64,000 nt of DNA from Thermoplasmata archaeon (GTDB lineage: Archaea > Thermoplasmatota > Thermoplasmata > Thermoplasmatales > Thermoplasmataceae). The stretch spans positions 29 to 64,028 of the forward strand of contig JAJYEP010000001.1 in the NCBI GenBank assembly GCA_021785735.1. Direction: 5' to 3'. The notes under the pieces were generated by a model. It saw only the letters and a program-made list of their open reading frames with translations, had not been told where the DNA came from and did no database searches. Shown here piece after piece: positions 9,859 to 16,930 of this stretch (position 1 is its first letter; each line of letters starts with the position of its first letter). Made by a program: the position numbers and the translations under genes.

Positions 9859-10161
9859 GCCGGACTTGGCCGGGGAGCCAGGCTCTCCCTGTTACCCGAA
9901 GTCTATATGCGGGGGCGACAGTCCCATGAGACCAACCAGACTTCTGCCAGGCCCCGTGGAATCGATGAGGTTCTGTCCCACTGGATCGCAGGTTCCATCG
10001 GTCAATCTCAAAGGAGAATGGCCGATTGATCAATCTGGTGAACCCGCCAGAACCGGAAGGGGGCAACGGTAGCCAGGACTCGTGATGCTGGTGGGGTGCG
10101 GATCTGAGAGGAATCGGGGGGTACCTGCCAGGACATCTGGACCGAATGGGACGTGTCCGGT
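9859..10161 (+). ncRNA. ffs: Archaeal signal recognition particle (7S) RNA
   Basis: Helix 1 GCCGGAC/GTCCGGT closes about 300 nt; Alu-type CCCTGTTACCCG; helix 6 stem 9997-10026; helix 8 CCGCCAGAACCGGAAGGGGGCAACGG with a GGAA loop. Confidence 0.92.
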
Positions 10162-10181
10162 ATTTCCGCTTCGGAGAGATC

Positions 10182-11327
10182 ATGGCAGATTTCAAAATAA
10201 TTCAGGACCCTGTGCATGGCCCAATCAGAATCGACGGCGTTGTGGAGAAACTCATAGATTCCATTGAGTTCCAGAGACTCAGGTTCATCAGGCAGCTTGG
10301 CCTGAGTTTTCTTGTATTTCCCGGCGCGAATCACACAAGGTTTGAACACTCCCTGGGAACCATGTACATTTCGGATCAATTCTCCGAGAAAATAGGGCTT
10401 GAGGATGCAGACACACTCAGAATTTCTGCTCTTCTGCATGATATAGGACATCTACCTTTCAGCCACAGTTTTGAGGATTTCTTCTTTACCAAGACAAAAA
10501 TGGAACACCAGGAGGCAGGAAGGAGGATAATTCTGGGTGAAAAGCCATTCGAGGAAAGCAGCATTCCAGACATTCTGGAAAAATTTTCCATGTCTCCCAG
10601 AGAAATATCGGATATGGTTGCTGGGAGGCAAAAAACTGCCTCATCGAGCATAGTAAGCGGACCTGTTGATGCCGATGAACTTGACTATTTGCTGAGAGAT
10701 TCCACTTTCTGCGGCATAGCTCTTGGACTGGTTGATTACAAGAGAATAATAAACACCCTGATTTACAAGGACAATAAACTCATCATAGAGGAGAAGGGGA
10801 TACCAAATCTCGAATCACTCCTTATTGGTAGGATACTGATGTACAGATCTGTTTACTGGCACAAGACATGCAGGATTGCACAGGGCATGATGGGAATTGC
10901 TCTCAGGATGAAGAGATCCGAAATGAAAGAACCCTTTTCCAAGACGGATTACGAATTCCTCACTGAGTTGCTTGTGGATCATGGTTCATCTGAAATGACA
11001 AGACGTATTCTTCGGCGAGATCTTTTCAAGGTAATATATTCGAGTGAATATGACAGTGAAAAATACAAGCGGATCAGGAACATGATGGAAGAGAACTTTC
11101 AGTCAGATCTTTTCCTGATCGATGTGATTCCTCCACTGGAATTCGATGGAGCGGAGAGATTGAAAACGAACATGACCGTATTGGTCAATGGAAAAAACAT
11201 GAAGGTGAGCAGTGCCTCACCTCTGGTAAATTCTCTGTCAAAGATTGTCAGGGAGAGAAAGATTCTCGTGTCTTGCGACAGGAAAATAGCCGAAAAATCT
11301 TTGTCACTTCTTGGGAGTGTGGATTGA
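10182..11327 (+). CDS. HD-domain phosphohydrolase (dNTPase/SAMHD1-like family)
   Basis: IQDPVHG, FQRLRFIRQLG, HTRFEHSLG, LLHDIGH, DADELDY; start moved to ATG 10182, outside the SRP RNA. Confidence 0.9.
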   Translation: MADFKIIQDPVHGPIRIDGVVEKLIDSIEFQRLRFIRQLGLSFLVFPGANHTRFEHSLGTMYISDQFSEKIGLEDADTLRISALLHDIGHLPFSHSFEDFFFTKTKMEHQEAGRRIILGEKPFEESSIPDILEKFSMSPREISDMVAGRQKTASSSIVSGPVDADELDYLLRDSTFCGIALGLVDYKRIINTLIYKDNKLIIEEKGIPNLESLLIGRILMYRSVYWHKTCRIAQGMMGIALRMKRSEMKEPFSKTDYEFLTELLVDHGSSEMTRRILRRDLFKVIYSSEYDSEKYKRIRNMMEENFQSDLFLIDVIPPLEFDGAERLKTNMTVLVNGKNMKVSSASPLVNSLSKIVRERKILVSCDRKIAEKSLSLLGSVD

Positions 11328-11798
11328 TTACTTCAGAATCTTTGTCATTCTCACGGCATGCCTTGATTCCCTGAAGTGTTCACTGTAATAATTATTCAGC
11401 TTCTCTAACACCTTGTATCCGTTTTTTTCATAGAATTTTAGTCCCTCATGGTTCTTTTCTCTGACTTCAAGCACCGAGAGAGAAAAGCCCCTGGCTTTCA
11501 TCTCCTCCTCTATATATGCGAGCAACTTGGAGCCTACTCCAGATCCCTGATAGGAGGGGTCGACTGCAATACTTTCAACATCTGCTGATGAATTGTCAAG
11601 CGGAATAGCCACGACATAGCCAGCAATTTTATCTCCGTCTACGGCAACATAATTGAATGCCAGCGGATTCGCAAACATATCTATGATCTCTTCTCCGCTG
11701 TAGGGACCAACCTCAAAACTTCTGTTCTCAATGCCTGATATTGCATCAAGATCGGACCATTCAAATTTCCTGAATATCAACACTGAGTCATTTCGCAT
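11328..11798 (-). CDS. rimI: RimI/Ard1-type N-acetyltransferase
   Basis: SIAVDPSYQGSGVGSKL, LEVREKN, NNYY. Confidence 0.82.
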   Translation of the reverse strand: MRNDSVLIFRKFEWSDLDAISGIENRSFEVGPYSGEEIIDMFANPLAFNYVAVDGDKIAGYVVAIPLDNSSADVESIAVDPSYQGSGVGSKLLAYIEEEMKARGFSLSVLEVREKNHEGLKFYEKNGYKVLEKLNNYYSEHFRESRHAVRMTKILK

Positions 11799-11873
11799 GA
11801 GAATAACAATCTTATCATACTCATAAATGAGTAACTACCAACAGTATTAAATCAGCCGGTGTGATAATCCTTT

Positions 11874-12608
11874 ATGATTAAAGATGCGATAGAATCTCTA
11901 AGGGCTGGAAAACCTATTCTTATTCATGATAGTACCAGCAGGGAAAACGAGACTGATATCGTCATCCCCTCGCAGTTCATATCACCAGGGAACATAAACT
12001 TCATGCGGAAGAATGGAGGTGGCCTGATCTGCACCACCATGACCTGGCGGGATGCCCAGAAGATAGGTCTGGCATATCTTGAAAACATCTATTCCGAAGC
12101 GTTTCCCCAGAGAATGCATCTGTTTAACCAGGATGACCTGGGATATGACAGAAGCAGTGCATTTACTCTGTCTGTTAATTCAAGAGATACCTTTACGGGA
12201 ATATCCGATTACGACCGATATCTGACGATATCCAATTTTTCAAAGTTCGTCTCAGAAATCGAAAATCTGAACGGAAATGCAGTTAAGGAATTTGACTCCA
12301 GGTTCCGGTCGCCGGGCCATGTTTTTCTTCTGATCGCGAGAGATGATTATTTCAACTCGAGACGGGGTCACACAGAGCTTTCCACATACATGATGGAATT
12401 AGCTGGTCTGGTCCCATCGGCAACAATAGTGGAGATGCTGTCTGATACAGGTAAATCTGCAAGTGTGGATGAAGCGATGAAGTTCGCAGAGGATCACCAA
12501 CTAACATTTATAGAGGGAGAGAGTATCATCCGTGAGTGGGTAAATGACGCTGGTAATGGCCACAGGAGTATTCGACATCCTGCATCCGGGACATATACAC
12601 TTTCTTAG
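11874..12608 (+). CDS. ribB: 3,4-dihydroxy-2-butanone 4-phosphate synthase
   Basis: RENETD, GGGLIC, FRSPGHV, RRGHTE. Confidence 0.93.
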   Translation: MIKDAIESLRAGKPILIHDSTSRENETDIVIPSQFISPGNINFMRKNGGGLICTTMTWRDAQKIGLAYLENIYSEAFPQRMHLFNQDDLGYDRSSAFTLSVNSRDTFTGISDYDRYLTISNFSKFVSEIENLNGNAVKEFDSRFRSPGHVFLLIARDDYFNSRRGHTELSTYMMELAGLVPSATIVEMLSDTGKSASVDEAMKFAEDHQLTFIEGESIIREWVNDAGNGHRSIRHPASGTYTLS

Positions 12609-12975
12609 CGAAGCCAGAAAACTGGGAGATAGATTGGTGGTTGTTGTGGCCAGGGATAAGACGGCTATGAAAAATGGTAAGATGCCACTGTTTGATGAAA
12701 ATACAAGGTTGATGATGGTGTCTCAACTGAAATTGGTTGATCAGGCCGTACTGGGCCATATAGGCGATATATACGAGACTGTATCGGATATAAAGCCGGA
12801 CATAATAGCGCTGGGGTATGATCAGCATTTCAATGAACAGGATATTGAAAAGAAGTGCCTGGGACTTGGTCTTAAGGTAAAGGTAATGAGGATGAGCAGA
12901 TCAAACCATTCTGGTCCTGTCAGCTCATCGGAAATCAAGAAGAAGGTTATTGAGGAGATTGAGGGTAGAACTTGA
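12544..12975 (+). CDS. ribL: Archaeal FAD synthase
   Basis: GVFDILHPGH nucleotidyltransferase motif, IALGYDQ, located in the rib operon. Confidence 0.9.
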   Translation: MTLVMATGVFDILHPGHIHFLSEARKLGDRLVVVVARDKTAMKNGKMPLFDENTRLMMVSQLKLVDQAVLGHIGDIYETVSDIKPDIIALGYDQHFNEQDIEKKCLGLGLKVKVMRMSRSNHSGPVSSSEIKKKVIEEIEGRT

Positions 12976-13460
12976 AAATCATAGGAGTCGTTGATACAAC
13001 CTTCGCCAGGTATGACATGGGAAGATCAGCCATTGATGAACTGAGATCCAACGGAACGGGTTTCACCATCAACCGCTACACAGTGCCCGGAATAAAGGAT
13101 ATACCTGTAGCATGTGAAGTATTGTTCAAAGAGGGTGCAGACATCATCATTGCGCTTGGAATGCCCGGAAAGATGCCGGTGGATAAAATTTCTGCTCAGA
13201 CCGCTTCCAATGGAATAATGAATGTTCAAACCAAGTGGGGCAGGCACGTCATCGAGGTCTTCGTTCATGAAGACGAGGCCCGGGATGAGAAAGAACTTGC
13301 GTGGCTGATGGATATGCGAAGCAGGGAGCATGCAAAAAATGTACTCACGTTGTTGTTCAATCGTCAGAAAATGACTGAATATGCAGGACAAGGATTGAGA
13401 CAGGGATTCCCAGACGTGGGCTCTGTCGAGGTACCTCTTAAGGGAGGAAGAAGACACTAG
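12972..13460 (+). CDS. ribC: Archaeal riboflavin synthase
   Basis: DTTFARYDMG, TVPGIKD, IEVFVHEDE. Confidence 0.93.
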   Translation: MKIIGVVDTTFARYDMGRSAIDELRSNGTGFTINRYTVPGIKDIPVACEVLFKEGADIIIALGMPGKMPVDKISAQTASNGIMNVQTKWGRHVIEVFVHEDEARDEKELAWLMDMRSREHAKNVLTLLFNRQKMTEYAGQGLRQGFPDVGSVEVPLKGGRRH

Positions 13461-13469
13461 GTGTGAAAG

Positions 13470-13877
13470 ATGAAAATAGGAATAGTTGTATCGGAATTTA
13501 ACTGGGATATCACAACTCTGATGCTTTCAAGGGCAGAGGAGGAGGCAAAATTCCTGGGAGTTGAAGTTGGCAAGGTTGTTATGGTGCCAGGCACATTTGA
13601 CATCCCGCTGGCAGTTAAGAAGATGCTGGAGATAAGGGATCTCGATGGCATAGTAACTCTTGGGTGCGTCATAAAAGGAGAGACTGATCATGACCAGATT
13701 ATAATGCAGAACGCTGCGAGGAAAATTGAAGACCTTTCTGTGGAATATTCAAAGCCGGTCTCTCTTGGAATCACCGGCCCTGGACAGACCAGGTTACAGG
13801 CCATGGCAAGGATTGAAAACGCGAGAGATGCAGTGGATAGCCTTGTGAAATTGATCAAGGCCATGAAGTCTATCTGA
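13470..13877 (+). CDS. ribH: 6,7-dimethyl-8-ribityllumazine synthase
   Basis: IGIVVSEFN, VPGTFDIPLA, LGCVIKGETDH. Confidence 0.93.
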   Translation: MKIGIVVSEFNWDITTLMLSRAEEEAKFLGVEVGKVVMVPGTFDIPLAVKKMLEIRDLDGIVTLGCVIKGETDHDQIIMQNAARKIEDLSVEYSKPVSLGITGPGQTRLQAMARIENARDAVDSLVKLIKAMKSI

Positions 13878-14769
13878 GGGATTTCCTGAGATCCCCCACA
13901 GTCATGTTTACCTCTGCATAGAGGTTGTAGGGATGCATGGTTTCCAGACTTTCGGAGGAAACGTTGAGTGAAACAGAATCAGGCAGATCTGGAAACGACT
14001 TAACAATTTCTGCGGATATTTCCCTAACAATATCTTCAATAAACTTTGGATTCTTATGCGAATCTATTATCTGCCTGCCCTCTTCATCCATCCCGTATTT
14101 CAGTAACTGAGGTAAACCAAGCACTCTTTCACAGGAATTTATCAGATCGGAAAATTGGATATCAAAATCATATCCATGAAGTGCAATGTTGACGATATTT
14201 CTCTGGTTATGAGTCACAACGGGAATGTCCCTCAGGAAAGCCTCATATTCAGGGTGATCCGAAATAAGCATGGAACGTGTTTTTTCCATGGTACATGGAC
14301 ACGCGTTCATTCCGCTGACTGAAATCTCTATAGATTTGGTGGGCTGCATTTCAGTGTTTACAGAATAGCCAGATCCAATGCCATAGGAAACAAGGCCCTC
14401 TTTTCCGGTTTTGATCATTCTGGGCAGAAACGCCTCGGACTTAACGTGCACGGAAACTTTTCCAGAATACTGGATTTTTTGTGCAATCCCAGCATATATG
14501 ATCTCCGGGACATTTTTGAAGTCCAAGAATTCACTTTCTGATTCGAGTCCCTCAAGAATTGAATCTGTGATTCTGGATATGCTTGCGCCTTTTTTATCCG
14601 GATCAAGACCTACTGAGATATCAATATCCAGAACTGATCTTTGCTCATTACCATCAATCGCGATACTCGCAGGATACCTGAAATGCCTGACCCCCACTTT
14701 TTCTATGGGAATACTGTTTTTTGGTGGAGAGTCCTGAATTTCAGCAGAACCGGTCAATAAAAAAATCAC
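13870..14769 (-). CDS. mptA: GTP cyclohydrolase, FolE2/MptA family
   Basis: IEKVGV, NACPC, THNQR, NPKFIEDIVR, ESLETMH. Confidence 0.82.
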   Translation of the reverse strand: MIFLLTGSAEIQDSPPKNSIPIEKVGVRHFRYPASIAIDGNEQRSVLDIDISVGLDPDKKGASISRITDSILEGLESESEFLDFKNVPEIIYAGIAQKIQYSGKVSVHVKSEAFLPRMIKTGKEGLVSYGIGSGYSVNTEMQPTKSIEISVSGMNACPCTMEKTRSMLISDHPEYEAFLRDIPVVTHNQRNIVNIALHGYDFDIQFSDLINSCERVLGLPQLLKYGMDEEGRQIIDSHKNPKFIEDIVREISAEIVKSFPDLPDSVSLNVSSESLETMHPYNLYAEVNMTVGDLRKSLR

Positions 14770-15125
14770 TTCTTTTGCTGCTGTTCGTAGCTCTTGCGCA
14801 ACGATTCCTCTAGCTCTTTGTACTTGTCCTCGAGAGATTTCTGCTGCCTTTCGTAGGTTTTAATTCTGATTTCGCTCAGCTCCTTTTGCTCTTCGAGTTC
14901 GTCAATAAGTTTTTTCTTTTCGAGAACCTTGTACATCACAACACCCGTATTTCTGTAAATATCGGTGCCATCAGGTATTTCGTTCAACTCTTTCAGGGTT
15001 TTTTCCAGTTCTTTAACCTTTATCTCGAGTTGATACTTCTGACTGGCTGTCTGTTCCAACTGCAATTCTATCTGCTGAGCCTGCTTGATCTGATTCTGAA
15101 GATATGATCCCAAATTCGGTTCCAT
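14766..15125 (-). CDS. pfdB: Prefoldin beta subunit
   Basis: Coiled coil with central YRNTGVVM hairpin; typical pcc1-pfdB order. Confidence 0.9.
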   Translation of the reverse strand: MEPNLGSYLQNQIKQAQQIELQLEQTASQKYQLEIKVKELEKTLKELNEIPDGTDIYRNTGVVMYKVLEKKKLIDELEEQKELSEIRIKTYERQQKSLEDKYKELEESLRKSYEQQQKK

Positions 15126-15362
15126 TTAATTCACTTCCCTATTCAATTTACTGAAAAGAACAACCTGCCTTGTCACAGAGGCCAAGGATGCCCTAGCTGC
15201 GACTATATCATTGGCTTCTATATAAATATGCAAATTTTCGCCATATTGATTCATTGAAATCCTAGATCTTGCCATACTATCCACTAAATCAGGAGCAATA
15301 ACTTTGTCAAGTCCATCGAACGACTCCAGTGGAAATTTAATCTCTATCTGAATTCTGTTCAA
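15126..15362 (-). CDS. pcc1: KEOPS subunit Pcc1
   Basis: 78 aa with PD...RSRI and IEANDIVAARAS; upstream of pfdB. Confidence 0.8.
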   Translation of the reverse strand: MNRIQIEIKFPLESFDGLDKVIAPDLVDSMARSRISMNQYGENLHIYIEANDIVAARASLASVTRQVVLFSKLNREVN

Positions 15363-15448
15363 CAGGTTCTAATGTCGAATTGCAATAAAATTTTATCTGA
15401 TCCTAATTTTTCCAATAAAATTTAAGTTATGCTGAGAATACAGTGAAA

Positions 15449-15523
15449 GGGTCCGTGGCCTAGTTTGGATAAGGCACCGTCCTTCTAAGTCGGTGATCGT
15501 GGGTCCGAATCCCACCGGGCCCG
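15449..15523 (+). tRNA. tRNA-Arg(TCT), no encoded CCA
   Basis: Acceptor GGGTCCG/CGGGCCC, D arm GCCT/AGGC, anticodon loop CT-TCT-AA, T arm GTGGG/CCCAC; TTTAAG TATA at 15421; T-run after the 3' end. Confidence 0.93.
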
Positions 15524-15624
15524 TTTTACAAGGCAAACGGAAGAATATGAAGTTTAAGTGACTTTCACGAAATTATATATTCTGTGGATAGAATGCATCG
15601 ATCCAGTTTTGAAAACCTTGAGAA

Positions 15625-15647
15625 TTTGTCAGCTCTTGTCTGACAAA
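15625..15647. promoter_or_regulatory. Inverted repeat TTTGTCAG-N7-CTGACAAA upstream of the wHTH gene promoter
   Basis: Perfect 8-bp arms about 40 nt upstream of TTTTATATAA (15688-15697). Confidence 0.35.
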
Positions 15648-15715
15648 AGGGAAAACAAAGGCCCAGCCTGTAATGGTGGCAAAATGATTTTATATAAGAT
15701 ACAATTAAACTTCTG

Positions 15716-16810
15716 TTGCATATCCTGGACATAGAAATCATAAGAAATCTGCAATGGCCCAACAATAATATGGTTCTTGACAAGGAAAATGTAATGAAAT
15801 ACAAACGTCCATCAGCCTTCTGGATAAGCACGCAACTTCTGGAAAAATCAAAGAAGGGCATGATCACTGGCGTGGATAAAATCACAAGAGGACAGGTATC
15901 GGCCAGATGGGATATTATTTCGCGTGCAATGAAGGTGAGAGCGGTTGTTGACCCTAGGATAGTCGGTATGCAGAAGTCATCTGTGTTTTTTAGTGGATCT
16001 CTTCCAGACATCTCTCCCCTGTCAATAATAGAGAGCTACCCAGATAATATAGACAGTTTCCACGAGGGATTATTACTGAGACGCGACGGTTCACTGGAAT
16101 CAGGAATAAAAATTGATATTTATCACAAAGACGACAAGGAACTTTCAAGAATCACAACAGATCTAAATAACATCAACCCGAGGTTCAAACTGAAATCAGT
16201 TTCAGGATTTTCCTGGTCATTCCTGTCCGATTCCGATAAATTCAAAAGGCTCAGAAGTTATGACGGGGCCCTTCGCAGTGGCGTAATTGCAGTGATGAAT
16301 GAGCTGATTAAAAATCCCACCGCCAAGATAAATGAAATGTCAACCAGTACAGGTCTATCAAGATCTGCAATAAAAAAGATTTACGGGGATATCATAACCA
16401 GCGGTTCATTGATTTTCGAGCCGACGATGACCGGTAAATGGATCGGTGAGGGGACATCCACCCTTGTATTCTTCGCAGTTCCGGAAAACGAAAAGAAGGC
16501 GCTGGACTCGTATCTTGTGAATGAGAGTATAGTGGGAAAAAGGATACTGCTTAAGCGTGACTATTTGAAGGATTCCCTTGGATATCTGTGCTGGGTTAAC
16601 GATTTCTATGATGCTGTCCAATTTCAGGAGGCTATTCTGGAGAAGTCCGGCAGGTATAAGCCAATGGTGGTTTTGTTTTCAAAAACAATATACAATACAA
16701 AAGCCTCGATAAATTTGATCATGGGTAATTCAAATTCCAGCAACAGTGTGATCAGATCCAGCGCCGTGGAGCAGATTGCTGAAGATAACGAACAGAACCC
16801 AATAACCTGA
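15716..16810 (+). CDS. Putative Lrp/AsnC-like regulator with tandem winged-HTH units
   Basis: NELIKNPTAKINEMSTSTGLSRSAIKKIYGDI resembles an AsnC HTH; N-terminal LDIEIIRNL... resembles a degenerate first unit. Confidence 0.55.
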   Translation: MHILDIEIIRNLQWPNNNMVLDKENVMKYKRPSAFWISTQLLEKSKKGMITGVDKITRGQVSARWDIISRAMKVRAVVDPRIVGMQKSSVFFSGSLPDISPLSIIESYPDNIDSFHEGLLLRRDGSLESGIKIDIYHKDDKELSRITTDLNNINPRFKLKSVSGFSWSFLSDSDKFKRLRSYDGALRSGVIAVMNELIKNPTAKINEMSTSTGLSRSAIKKIYGDIITSGSLIFEPTMTGKWIGEGTSTLVFFAVPENEKKALDSYLVNESIVGKRILLKRDYLKDSLGYLCWVNDFYDAVQFQEAILEKSGRYKPMVVLFSKTIYNTKASINLIMGNSNSSNSVIRSSAVEQIAEDNEQNPIT

Positions 16811-16930
16811 CAACATTAATCCTTTTGATTCAAAAGCCTCATTGTGGTAACCGTCACTATCAGACTTTACTGCTCAGAAATCAGATAAAAAAGATTAATT
16901 GGCGAACAACATCACTTCAACTGGTTGATT

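Noticed and set aside
9806..10451. Several overlapping ORFs on both strands, and a possible cobalamin riboswitch or RNase P RNA
   Set aside because: The GC-rich segment is explained by the SRP RNA; no riboswitch or RNase P signature was seen.
15325..15335. ORB-like TCCAGTGGAAA (similar TTCCATTGGAA at 25421-25431)
   Set aside because: Single isolated copies, one inside pcc1, with no G-string and no paired boxes flanking an AT-rich unwinding element.
15524..16924. Integrated element at tRNA-Arg
   Set aside because: No integrase, no tRNA 3'-end duplication, and only a single gene in the interval.
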